Part shown: one piece after another, positions 18,829-29,102 of the stretch
Position numbering within the stretch: position 1 is the stretch's first letter
Layout: each line of letters starts with the position of its first letter
Source of the DNA: Planctomycetota bacterium
GTDB taxonomy: Bacteria > Planctomycetota > MHYJ01 > WSZJ01
Reading direction: 5' to 3'
Assembly: GCA_038060895.1 (NCBI GenBank)
Contig: JBBTCT010000005.1
Coordinates: forward strand, 5,713-69,712
Length of the DNA stretch: 64,000 nt
Notes under the pieces: model-generated
Database searches by the model: none
What the model saw: only the letters and a program-made list of their open reading frames with translations
Told to the model about the DNA's origin: nothing
Position numbers and translations under genes: made by a program

Positions 18829-19550
18829 TTCGGGGGGATCCCGAACCCGCGCTTCCGGGCGTCTTCCTGGAACCCGGCTGAGCCGAGCCACCCGACGAAG
18901 GTGCGCGCTTCCGCGGAGTCACGCCCTGCGACGACCGCGGCGACGTACTCCGTGACGGGACCGTCGGGCGGCGTCCAGGCCGCGTGCGCGCGCTTCGCGG
19001 CCTTTGCGTCCGTCGCGTACACGAGCGTGTAGTCGACGGCGCCCGACTCGAACAGCGCGAGAGCTGCTCTGACGGAATCGGCGATCACGAACCGGGCCTC
19101 GAGTCCCGCCAGCCGGCCCGAGCCTTCCAGGTATTTGCGCCACGCCTTTCCGGCAGGAACTTCCGGCCCCGCGATGGCGACCTTCGTTGTCGCAGGGATG
19201 CCGTCGAGCGCCAGGGTGCCTTGCGGCCCGAGGAGCGCCAGCCGGTTCGTCAGGAAGACGCGACGCGTGGTCTCCACGACCCGACTCCCGAGGCGGTCGA
19301 GGCTCTCCGCGTCCGCGCAGAGGACCACGTCGTACTCGGCGCCCGCCTCGACCTGGCGCGACAACGTCGACGACGCTTCGAAGGTCATGTTGACCGACAC
19401 CGGAATGTTTCGCGCATCGAACCCGGTGGCGGAGGGCATGAGCGCCTCGCGAAGCGAGCTGGCCGCGCCGACGCGGACGGCGCGCGGAAGCGGCCGCGAG
19501 CACGCCGCCAGGGCGACGAGGAGCACGACCGGCCGGAGGCGGGGATTCAT
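18825..19550 (-). CDS. modA: Molybdate ABC transporter substrate-binding lipoprotein
   Basis: Lipobox LAAC, AASSL, ASSTLSRQVEAGA, VPAG, VYATDA. Confidence 0.9.
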   Translation of the reverse strand: MNPRLRPVVLLVALAACSRPLPRAVRVGAASSLREALMPSATGFDARNIPVSVNMTFEASSTLSRQVEAGAEYDVVLCADAESLDRLGSRVVETTRRVFLTNRLALLGPQGTLALDGIPATTKVAIAGPEVPAGKAWRKYLEGSGRLAGLEARFVIADSVRAALALFESGAVDYTLVYATDAKAAKRAHAAWTPPDGPVTEYVAAVVAGRDSAEARTFVGWLGSAGFQEDARKRGFGIPPK

Positions 19551-20008
19551 GCGTCCACCCCCACGATCACTTCCGTCGCCTTGATGATCGCGACGGCCTT
19601 CTTCCCGACCTTCAGCCCGAGCCTCCGCGCCGAGTCGCTCGTGATGACCGAAGTGATCCGGACTTTCGGCGCGATCTCGAGCACGATCTTCGCCGACACA
19701 GGCCCGAGGGTCAGGCCGACGATCTTTCCTCGAAACTGGTTGGAAGCGCTGAGCTTCATGCCTTTGACCTCCGAGACGTCGATGTAAGCCTGGTTGAGCC
19801 AGGCGGCGAGTTCTTCAGCTTCGGGAGAAGCGGGGGCGCGGCCGCCGGCGGCGGCCTTGAGCGCGTTCAGGACGGCGCGCTGGGGCGGGTTGGGCTTGAG
19901 GACCCCGCGCTCCCACTTGCTGACCGTCATGGGGTGGACGCCCGTAAGCCGGGCAAGGTGCGGCTGGGTGAGGCCGAGGCTGGAGCGGAGGAGCGCGATG
20001 GGGTTCAT
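19547..20008 (-). CDS. XRE-type HTH fused to a TOBE/molbindin domain (ModE-like regulator)
   Basis: N-terminal LRSSLGLTQPHLARLTGVHPMTVSKWERG; C-terminal Mop signature MKLSASNQFRGKI...ITSVITSDSARRLGL..GKKAVAIIKATEV. Confidence 0.85.
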   Translation of the reverse strand: MNPIALLRSSLGLTQPHLARLTGVHPMTVSKWERGVLKPNPPQRAVLNALKAAAGGRAPASPEAEELAAWLNQAYIDVSEVKGMKLSASNQFRGKIVGLTLGPVSAKIVLEIAPKVRITSVITSDSARRLGLKVGKKAVAIIKATEVIVGVDA

Positions 20009-20046
20009 CTAAGCCGTAGCTTAGTTTGACCTGGCACGGCGGTCAA
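20009..20046 (-). promoter_or_regulatory. Promoter of the mod operon with overlapping palindromic operators
   Basis: Minus strand: TTGACC (20046-41), 17 nt, TAAGCT (20023-18). Palindromes CTAAGC-N4-GCTTAG (20009-24) and TTGACC-N9-GGTCAA (20026-46). Confidence 0.7.
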
Positions 20047-20061
20047 CCCTTCCCTTCCCCG

Positions 20062-21090
20062 TCAATCCCGCTTCAGCACATGCACCAGGCAGTGAAGCGT
20101 CCCGCCGTGCCCGTACGTCGCCGCGACATTCACTGCCTTCACCTCGAACCCGAGCGAACGGAACGCATCGATCCCGGCTGCGTCGAGCGCCGCTTCGCCA
20201 TAAACGGGGAGGTAAACGGTCTTGTCCGAGAAGACCCCATTCGTGAAGGTCATCCAGACGAAGTCGCGCTTCGTCACAACCACCGGCACGCGGACCACCT
20301 TGAACCCGGCCTTCTCGATGGCAGCAGCGACCGTGTCGAACTTCGCGGCCGTCTCTTCGGAGTCATCAACATCGAGCCCGGCCGGTGCGAGGGGCACGCC
20401 CTTCCTGACATCACCGACGGCAAACATGTTGTCGCCGACCGGGGCGAAGATCATGCCGACGTGGTGGTTCGGGGCGCCGGGCAGGTAGACGACCGGTTCG
20501 CCGAAGAGGCTCTCGGCCATCGCGAGCAACTGGTCGAGCGGAAGTTCGGGATTGCGGGCCGCCCAGGCGCTGGAGCAGAAGATTCTTCCGTAGGCACGGG
20601 TGAAATCGCCGCCGTCGAAGCGGAACGGTGCGACGCGGACGGGGACGCCGAGAACGCGGGCGAGTTCGTACGGAACGAGCCGGTCGTTGCTGCGCGCCGG
20701 GCCCGCCGAGTGAGTTTCCGGCGGGACGATGATCGCGCCTGCGGCGCCCGTGATGAAGCGATCGCGGGCCCACGTCGTGATCGGGCGGCCGGTCACGACG
20801 GGCGTCGCGGCGCGGCCTGTGAGCTTCGAGAACATCTCGAAGTGCTCGATCTTCTCAACGGCGACGTAGACCTTCACGCCGGCCGGGAGCTCGCGAAAGA
20901 ACTCGATCCAGGTCCGGCTGACGAACTCCGCGGTCGGCGCGAACTGCACCTCCACCGCGGCGATCCTCCCCGCGCGCTCGTCGAGCAGCGCTGCGGCCGG
21001 CGGGCGGCTGTCCCCGCGAAGAGCGAGGACAACCGCGTGCACGGCGGCCGCCGCGAGGGCGGCCTGGAGGATCGCGAGGAGGGGTTTCAT
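20062..21090 (-). CDS. Exported pentein-superfamily enzyme (agmatine/peptidyl-arginine deiminase-like)
   Basis: Hydrophobic N-terminus; WARD, DGGD, HHVG, FTNG, C-terminal catalytic GGTLHC. Confidence 0.75.
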   Translation of the reverse strand: MKPLLAILQAALAAAAVHAVVLALRGDSRPPAAALLDERAGRIAAVEVQFAPTAEFVSRTWIEFFRELPAGVKVYVAVEKIEHFEMFSKLTGRAATPVVTGRPITTWARDRFITGAAGAIIVPPETHSAGPARSNDRLVPYELARVLGVPVRVAPFRFDGGDFTRAYGRIFCSSAWAARNPELPLDQLLAMAESLFGEPVVYLPGAPNHHVGMIFAPVGDNMFAVGDVRKGVPLAPAGLDVDDSEETAAKFDTVAAAIEKAGFKVVRVPVVVTKRDFVWMTFTNGVFSDKTVYLPVYGEAALDAAGIDAFRSLGFEVKAVNVAATYGHGGTLHCLVHVLKRD

Positions 21091-21096
21091 GGCTGA

Positions 21097-21645
21097 CTAC
21101 TTCGTCACCGCTTCGGACGATTCGATCCGGACGGTGCCTTCTTCGACAACGTCTTCCGCGATGATGACCTCGCCCTTCGGCTTCAACGCCTCAATGTGAG
21201 CCAGGCGGACCGTGGCGAACGCGTCTTCGAGATCATTCCCGATTTTTCCAAGCGCGAGCGTGAAGGACGCCTTGGCCTCCGCTTCAGGCGCGATGCCGAG
21301 GTCGATCGTGCGGGAGACCGAGGTGTCGAACGACAGCGTCTTCGTCCAGACGAGTTTCGGCGAGGGCATCATCCGTGAGAAAGGCTCCCACGGCATCGAC
21401 GTGCAGGAGATCGTCATCTCGCCCTTGCCGTCGCCGCCAAGCGTCACGACCCAGTGCTTCTCGACCTTGTCGCCCACTGCGACGTCCTTCACTTCCGCCG
21501 TCACTTTCACACCGTTGACTTCGGCTTTCGGCATTGCGAACTCTTCGCCGTCGGCCACCAGGCTCGGCACCTGCCAGTCGGCCAGCGCCAGCGCTCCCAC
21601 GAATGCGGCAAACGACCACGCGCGGATCTTGTTCATCGTCGTCAT
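21097..21645 (-). CDS. Secreted hypothetical protein
   Basis: AAGGAG SD before the ATG at 21645; signal-like MTTMNKIRAWSFAAFVGALALA; ends 6 nt before the deiminase-like gene. Confidence 0.65.
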   Translation of the reverse strand: MTTMNKIRAWSFAAFVGALALADWQVPSLVADGEEFAMPKAEVNGVKVTAEVKDVAVGDKVEKHWVVTLGGDGKGEMTISCTSMPWEPFSRMMPSPKLVWTKTLSFDTSVSRTIDLGIAPEAEAKASFTLALGKIGNDLEDAFATVRLAHIEALKPKGEVIIAEDVVEEGTVRIESSEAVTK

Positions 21646-21692
21646 GGCTTGTCTCCTTGTTTTGGGTTCCCTGTAACGTCGGGAGTTACAAA

Positions 21693-21708
21693 CGCAAGGG
21701 GTATGCCA
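21693..21708 (-). promoter_or_regulatory. Sigma54 (-24/-12) promoter
   Basis: TGGCATACCCCTTGCG matches GG-N10-GC. Confidence 0.8.
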
Positions 21709-21792
21709 TGGACTGAAATATTCGCGGAAGGGCGTTTGGGGACGCCGGGCGTCAGAATTCATGACGGATTTCCACCCGGCCGGGGCGAGGGC

Positions 21793-21829
21793 GTATCTGC
21801 GCCGATACGTCCCGCAGCCCGGCAGATAC
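21793..21829. promoter_or_regulatory. Candidate tandem enhancer-binding-protein sites
   Basis: GTATC-N6-GATAC (21793-808) plus degenerate GCAGC-N6-GATAC (21814-29). Confidence 0.55.
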
Positions 21830-21836
21830 GGTGCGG

Positions 21837-23393
21837 CTACTTCGCTTCGGGATGCCGCGGCGCGGGTTTCTCTTTGAGCGCCTGCGCCTTCTGAAGCGCG
21901 TCTCGAGTTTCTTCGCGGACCCAGCCCTCGAGCACGAGCCACGGGTCGGCCTCGGCCAGGATGCGGTCCATCTCGCGCCGGGTCAGATTCGGGATCCCTG
22001 TGGACTTGACCCCGGCGAGGAGTCCGTCCTCGCCGAACGCGTAAACCAGATCCTCGGTGTATCCGCCCAGCACGCCGCTCCCGAACCACATCCGGTGCTC
22101 GTGCCAGATCACGTCGCGGCCCTTCACTTCGATCCTGGCCGAATCAACCTCTCGAAGCTTGCGACCGTCCCACGCCCGCCGCGGAAGCGCCGCGAGCGCA
22201 CCGATGCACGTCCGGGTGAATTCGCCGCCGTCGAATACCAGTCCGCACCGCTGGAGAATCTCGCGGCACTGCGCGGCCTCGCCGGTCCAGATCAGCTGGC
22301 TGCTGTCCTTTGCTCCGAGAACGAGGTCGTGCTTTGCCTGGGCGCCGGACTTCGAGCGGCACTCGGCGCGGTAAAGCCTGTAACCCGGAGCCAGCGGCTC
22401 CGCCGCGCCGGTCAGTTCGATCCGGTCGAATTTCTGGACGTCCCATGCGTCCTCCACGACCGGAAGCCGCGCCGCGTACGACTTCTTTGCCGCCTCGTCC
22501 GCATCCTCCGCCCACGAAGGCGCGAGCCAGCGCCGCAGACGGGAAATCCTCTCTTTCACGACGGGCGAGGCGCTCTCGAAGGCCTTTTCGAGAAGCGCCT
22601 CCGCCGCACCGCCGGAGTGCCAGAGCTGCCGCTCGGCCTCAATGGACTTCGATTCATCTTCTCCGGCGAACGCCTCGACCAGGTCGGCGACCCGCTTCTC
22701 CTGATCGTCCATCATCTTCACGAATTCGTCCCCGCCGTTCACCTCGTCCACGAACAACGTGTCCCCGGATTTGCGTCGCGCGCGGTACTCCTCGAAGGAC
22801 ATGTCCGCGACTCCCATGGTGGAGGATTCGAGGCCGCCCTTCTCATCGAATCGAAAGACATGATCTCCGTGCCACTCCCCTGCGAACCCGCACGAGAAGT
22901 ACCCGGTGGCGCGGTGCTCTCGGTAAGTCAAAGTCCGCCCGCTGACTTCGACTCGCCGATCCTCGTATCCCGGGCTGTCGGGGAGCGCCAGAAGCACGGC
23001 CGCGACGGCGCGCATGCCCTTCTCGTCGGAGCCTCTCAGGCCGCAGGCGTCGAGCACGGCGCGCAGGTCCTCCACGCTCCCGGTCCATTTCCACGCAGAG
23101 CCGTTGCGTTTCACCGCGATCCGGGAAGAGTGCCAGTCGCAGCGATTCTCCTGAGAGATCTTCGCCCGCGCGTCGAAGAACCTGAACTCTCCGAGCACGG
23201 CGGTCGCTCCCGGGCCGCGAAGCTCGATCGGCTGCATCAGGTCAATCTCGAGGTCGCTCTTCTTCACGTTCTCAAGTTCGACGGCGAACCACTTCTTTGC
23301 GACCGCAACAGGGTCGATGGTCCATTCGGGGTCGCCGGCAAGTGCGGGGAGAGCAAACACGGAAGCGGCGAGGGCGAGCGTGGCGCGGCGCAT
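21837..23393 (-). CDS. Secreted hypothetical protein with a tandem duplicated domain
   Basis: Signal peptide ending ALA-G; WTGSVEDLRAVLDACGL versus WTGEAAQCREILQRCGL; RVEVSGRTLTYREHR versus RIEVKGRDVIWHEHR. Confidence 0.7.
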   Translation of the reverse strand: MRRATLALAASVFALPALAGDPEWTIDPVAVAKKWFAVELENVKKSDLEIDLMQPIELRGPGATAVLGEFRFFDARAKISQENRCDWHSSRIAVKRNGSAWKWTGSVEDLRAVLDACGLRGSDEKGMRAVAAVLLALPDSPGYEDRRVEVSGRTLTYREHRATGYFSCGFAGEWHGDHVFRFDEKGGLESSTMGVADMSFEEYRARRKSGDTLFVDEVNGGDEFVKMMDDQEKRVADLVEAFAGEDESKSIEAERQLWHSGGAAEALLEKAFESASPVVKERISRLRRWLAPSWAEDADEAAKKSYAARLPVVEDAWDVQKFDRIELTGAAEPLAPGYRLYRAECRSKSGAQAKHDLVLGAKDSSQLIWTGEAAQCREILQRCGLVFDGGEFTRTCIGALAALPRRAWDGRKLREVDSARIEVKGRDVIWHEHRMWFGSGVLGGYTEDLVYAFGEDGLLAGVKSTGIPNLTRREMDRILAEADPWLVLEGWVREETRDALQKAQALKEKPAPRHPEAK

Positions 23394-23422
23394 GGGGGGC
23401 TCCGATGGAGATGGAGGACATT

Positions 23423-23438
23423 CGCAAGAGGCATGCCG
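23423..23438 (-). promoter_or_regulatory. Sigma54 (-24/-12) promoter
   Basis: CGGCATGCCTCTTGCG matches GG-N10-GC. Confidence 0.75.
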
Positions 23439-23469
23439 CAGGCAGACGGGGCCTGGGAGCGCGGGGTCG

Positions 23470-23505
23470 GTATCCGCCAGTCAACCGGTGTATCCACCCG
23501 GATAC
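23470..23505. promoter_or_regulatory. Candidate tandem enhancer-binding-protein sites
   Basis: GTATC-N6-GATAC (23490-505) plus degenerate GTATC-N6-TCAAC (23470-85). Confidence 0.55.
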
Positions 23506-23510
23506 GCGGA

Positions 23511-24836
<1,326 letters not shown>

Positions 24837-24848
24837 CGGGGGAAGAGG

Positions 24849-26687
24849 CTAACCCGGGGGAAGGCGGATGAGAAAGATTGCTCCCGGCCGTCCTTCACGG
24901 TTGGTTGCGCGAATTGTCCCCTGATGCAGCTCGACGATCTTTCGCGCGATCGACAAGCCCAGCCCCGCCCCGGGCGGCTTCGGCGCGCCGCCCGCAGGGA
25001 TCATCGCGAAGCGCTCGAAGATGCGGCTTGCCTTCTCGACCGGAATCCCGGGGCCTTCGTCGGTTATCTGGCACTCCACTCCGCCATCCCGCACCGCGAC
25101 GCGCACTCCGACCGCGCCGCCCTGAGGCGTGAATTTCACCGCGTTGTCCACGACATTCAGCACAACCTCGAGGATCTTCGCGCGGTCCGCCGCCAGCGGC
25201 GCCGGCGCCGTATCGACCGCAATCTTGACTCCCTTCGCATCCGCGAGCGGCCTGACGGTTTCCACCGCGCTCCTGGCAATTTCCGCGAGGTCGCACTGCA
25301 CTTTCGCCAGCTCGACCTTCCCCGCTTCCAGCCTCGCCTCATCCAGCAGCTCGTTCACCATCCGGATCAGGCGATCCAGGTCGTGGCGGCACCGGCCCAA
25401 CACGTCGAGCTGCTTCTCCCCCACCGGCCCCAGGATCCCGTCCTGCAGATTCGCCACCGACAGCTTCATCGACGTCAGCGGCGTCCGCAACTCGTGACTC
25501 ACGTGGCTCACGAAATCGCTCTTCATCTGGTCGAGCTTCTCGAGCGAAGCGGCCATTTCGTCGAACGCGCGCGCCAGCCGCCCCAGCTCGTCGTCACGCT
25601 TCACATTCGCCCGTGCCGTCAGGTCGCCGCGCGCCATGCGCTCGGCAGCGCCGGTGAGCGCGCGGACGGGCGGAAGGATACGCGCGGTGAAAAACGCGGC
25701 GATGAGAAGCGCGAAAAGCGCGGCGGCGCCGAACCACATCCACGCCCGGCGGCGCGTCGCTGTGAGGGTCGCGAAGGCCTCGCTCGGGGGCTGGCGCACG
25801 CTGATCGTCCAGCCCAGGGCGCTGATCGCCCCACGGGTGAGAAGAGCATCGGCGCCTGTCGCAGGTCCATCGCCGTAAATTTCGACGCCTGCCGCATCGG
25901 CAACTTCGATTTCCGCCTTGCCGCCCCCGACGCTCGTCAGCATTCCCTTCACCAGTTCCAGGCTCACGGAAGCCACCAGGACCCCCGCCGGGCGGCCTTC
26001 GCCGACGGGAACGGAAATCTGGATGAACGGAATCGGACCCGCAAGCTGAATCGAATTGGATACATGCCCCTTCCCGCCTTTGGGCTCGCGCACCAGCGGA
26101 TCGGTGAGCGGAATCGGCGGCGAATCGGCCGACGCCGGGACCGGGTTTCCGTAGTTGAGGCCCTTCTCGTTGTTCAGGTTCTGGTCGTTCCCATTCGCGC
26201 CCTGCACGTTGTTGCGCATGTTCTGCCCATAAGCTTCCTGCTGGGCCTGCGCACGCGCCTGCCAGTTCTCGTCCTTCTGGCCCGGGTCCTTCGAGGCAAC
26301 GCGGTTCTGCGGGTTCGAATAGCTGTAGTAAGCCAGCTCCAGAAAGGTATCGCTTGGCTCCAGCAAAGTGCTCAGCCTGCGAGCGAGATCCTCGCGATTT
26401 TTCGAGTCCGCCTTCGCGTCCTCACGCGGCACCGCGAAGTCCTCGCTCACGATGATTTTCGAAATCGTCGCCAGCTTCGACTGCGCTCCGCGGACGTGGC
26501 CTTCGACGAGAGAACGCGAAGCCGCGAGAAGTGTCTCCTGCGTCGCGCGCGCTTCCTTCTCCAGCGACTTTTCAAGCAGGTCCGAAACGAGAAACGCCGC
26601 GCCCGCGATCGGAGCAACCGACGCGACGAGCAGCGCCAGCGCGAGCTGGACCGTCAGGCGGCGGGCGAAGAAGAAGGGGCTGCTCAT
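24849..26687 (-). CDS. Sensor histidine kinase (2 TM, Cache-like sensor, HAMP)
   Basis: HAMP DELGRLARAF, SHELRTPL, NAVKF, DEGPGI, GAGLGLSI. Confidence 0.93.
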   Translation of the reverse strand: MSSPFFFARRLTVQLALALLVASVAPIAGAAFLVSDLLEKSLEKEARATQETLLAASRSLVEGHVRGAQSKLATISKIIVSEDFAVPREDAKADSKNREDLARRLSTLLEPSDTFLELAYYSYSNPQNRVASKDPGQKDENWQARAQAQQEAYGQNMRNNVQGANGNDQNLNNEKGLNYGNPVPASADSPPIPLTDPLVREPKGGKGHVSNSIQLAGPIPFIQISVPVGEGRPAGVLVASVSLELVKGMLTSVGGGKAEIEVADAAGVEIYGDGPATGADALLTRGAISALGWTISVRQPPSEAFATLTATRRRAWMWFGAAALFALLIAAFFTARILPPVRALTGAAERMARGDLTARANVKRDDELGRLARAFDEMAASLEKLDQMKSDFVSHVSHELRTPLTSMKLSVANLQDGILGPVGEKQLDVLGRCRHDLDRLIRMVNELLDEARLEAGKVELAKVQCDLAEIARSAVETVRPLADAKGVKIAVDTAPAPLAADRAKILEVVLNVVDNAVKFTPQGGAVGVRVAVRDGGVECQITDEGPGIPVEKASRIFERFAMIPAGGAPKPPGAGLGLSIARKIVELHQGTIRATNREGRPGAIFLIRLPPG

Positions 26688-26808
26688 GGGCTGGATTAAA
26701 GCAATCGGCGTGCCGGTTTGGCGTCGCAAGTCAGCAGGAGCGAAACTGAAGGTCAAACCATGGCGTGATTTGGGGATCGCAGGTGACGCCTGCACAGCCT
26801 CGTCCGTG

Positions 26809-28290
26809 CTATTTCTTCAGGATTATTTTGTAATCACCTGCAGTGGTGAGATCCAAGGCAGTGTCGAAGCTGCCTCCCAGGTCGAATGTCTTTCCCTCGA
26901 CTACGATGCTTGATTGCGCGAATTCGTAGACGGAGTCACTCGGCATCTCGAGCTTCCAACCCGTGCCAGCGCCGGGCGGCCGCCAGTTCTCAGGTGGCGG
27001 CATCACGTAAGCAAATTCGAATTCACCCTTCTCATTAGTCCTGGCCAGAGCGCCTCTCCCGTGATGAAAGAACGACCTCAGTTCGATTTCAATTCCTGGC
27101 ATCGGCTCACCGTTTTCCTGAGATATCAGGCGCCCACGCACCGGGCGATTATCCGCTGGGACCAGACGGACCTTTCCGGTCCTTGCCTGAAGCGAGAGAG
27201 TTCCCTTCGCATAGCCCGCCCCAAATTTCGGAGAGAAGCCTGCGATCCACCAGGGACTCCCCTCCAACCTCGATGGCGCGCTACTCTTGGCGGCGAGACG
27301 GATCTTCAAACTGCCATTCTGGTCCGTGAATCCGGACTCACCCGTGTGGAGATACTCTTTACCGTCCGTGGGTCCGCCCAGGTAGAAACTCACGTCAGCT
27401 CCGGGCACGGGGTTGTCACGGTCGTCCACCACCTGGACCTCAAAGACCGGCATCTCGATCCGGATCACACGGACGAAGTACTCTCCCTCAGGCTTCGCGT
27501 GAAAGTAACCTGGCAAATGATGTGGCATCAGGTTGGTCTCAACGCGTGAAATTGCCTTCGCCTGGATGCCCGGCAGAGAGAACCCAAAATAAAGGGTCAA
27601 CTGAGGAGAGACCCCGCAGATCTCGATTTCGCCCAGGTCGTCCGTCACGAATCCACATCGTCCGAATTCGCCACTGCTCATCGAGCAGAAGGCAACGTAC
27701 GCAGGATCGGTGTCGACCCCAGGCAGGAATGCATTCACGGTCACCGCCTCGCGCGCGAGAAACGAGCCGTCTGGCCCGACAAGCTGGATCTTAAGTCGGG
27801 ACAGCTCGGGAAACCGAAGTTCAATCTCTGAGTTCTGATCTTCAGGGAGCTTCTCCAGATCGAGCCTCGTGTCCAGCCACTTGGGAAAGTGATGGGCATC
27901 ACGCCACAAAACGACGACCCGCAAATCGCCTGCTCCATTCCCGGGAGATATCGGCAAGTCCGCAATTCCTTCCTCTGAGGCGGTGACAAAGGGAATTCGG
28001 CCACGAGGTTGATCCAGTTTCGCGATCGCCATTCGCGCACGCGCCGCGGGCATGCCGTTCTCGAGCAGAATCTTGAACCTGGCGTAAGTACGCTGAGCCG
28101 GGCTCCGTTTCGTGTCACTTTTGGAGGCTGCGGGCAAGACGTCCGTCAAAGAGGTGACCGTCGGCACATCAGGCTTCACCGGGGCAGGTGGAGCTTCGCG
28201 CGACATCCAGATGGCGAGTACGGTCGCCAGCAGGAGCGCTCCCACGCAGACTTTGTTGTGCATCTTTCTCATCACGATGAACTCCGACAT
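26809..28290 (-). CDS. Membrane-anchored protein with carboxypeptidase-regulatory-like beta-sandwich repeats
   Basis: N-terminal TM; repeats VVDDRDNPVPGADV..TDQNG and GRLISQENGEPMPG..TNEKGEF. Confidence 0.65.
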   Translation of the reverse strand: MSEFIVMRKMHNKVCVGALLLATVLAIWMSREAPPAPVKPDVPTVTSLTDVLPAASKSDTKRSPAQRTYARFKILLENGMPAARARMAIAKLDQPRGRIPFVTASEEGIADLPISPGNGAGDLRVVVLWRDAHHFPKWLDTRLDLEKLPEDQNSEIELRFPELSRLKIQLVGPDGSFLAREAVTVNAFLPGVDTDPAYVAFCSMSSGEFGRCGFVTDDLGEIEICGVSPQLTLYFGFSLPGIQAKAISRVETNLMPHHLPGYFHAKPEGEYFVRVIRIEMPVFEVQVVDDRDNPVPGADVSFYLGGPTDGKEYLHTGESGFTDQNGSLKIRLAAKSSAPSRLEGSPWWIAGFSPKFGAGYAKGTLSLQARTGKVRLVPADNRPVRGRLISQENGEPMPGIEIELRSFFHHGRGALARTNEKGEFEFAYVMPPPENWRPPGAGTGWKLEMPSDSVYEFAQSSIVVEGKTFDLGGSFDTALDLTTAGDYKIILKK

Positions 28291-28353
28291 CTGAATGATA
28301 GCTCGCCGTGCCCCCAGGGGGAACGGCGAGCCATCGAGAGAGGCGGCGCGACC

Positions 28354-28977
28354 CTAGCCGCCGTTTCGGATCACCACACTTTTGCCCTTGCCGTCCGGAC
28401 CGGACCCGTCCCCATCACCCGGGGCAACCGCAGGGGTTTCAGCAATTGCCGTGGCACTTCCGCCAGGACCGCCGAACCCGGGAGTCGCATGGCCACCGGT
28501 CGCGGTGGCGCAACCGTTGTCGCCAACGGCGATCGCCACCGCCGAATTCCCCTTTTCGGTCCCTCCACTAGCGTACGAGCTGGAGTTGGATCCGTTCGAC
28601 GCTGCGACGGCGGGTGCTCCCCCGCCGACGTTCGTTGCGATGACAATCTGGCAGTCTCCTTCACCAAGAGCGGTCTGCTTTCTCCAGACAACCGGTATGC
28701 CGTTCAGTGTGGCCATTGCTTCCTCGCACTCCTCGGCAGCCGCCATCATGTCTGCGAGGCAGCGCAGCGAGTCCGACGAGGGCGGACCGCCGCCGCCCGC
28801 AGCGGCGAGAGCGCACTTTCCGCCATCGTTTACGGCAGTGAGTTGACACTGCTGAAGCGCTGCCGCGAGAATCGCATCGCAGTCCGGTGCTTGGGCTTGC
28901 AAAGTGCTCGCATATCCGAGGAACAGAACGCACATGGGAGCGCACAGCAAGCACGAACCGACTTTTCGAGTAAACAC
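28354..28977 (-). CDS. Secreted Cys/Gly/Ala-rich hypothetical protein
   Basis: GAAGGGAG SD before GTG; signal-like sequence ending LQA-Q; helical Cys-containing half and Gly/Ala/Ser-rich half. Confidence 0.6.
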   Translation of the reverse strand: MFTRKVGSCLLCAPMCVLFLGYASTLQAQAPDCDAILAAALQQCQLTAVNDGGKCALAAAGGGGPPSSDSLRCLADMMAAAEECEEAMATLNGIPVVWRKQTALGEGDCQIVIATNVGGGAPAVAASNGSNSSSYASGGTEKGNSAVAIAVGDNGCATATGGHATPGFGGPGGSATAIAETPAVAPGDGDGSGPDGKGKSVVIRNGG

Positions 28978-29102
28978 TATCAGACTCCCTTCTTTACCTG
29001 TCCATTCCCCCCCGTTCCATCCTTGAGTTCTCTCGATCAGACGGTACAGGATTTGTGGGGGGGGGCTGTCAAGGCCATTGTGGACGAGCTCATTTCGCCC
29101 TA

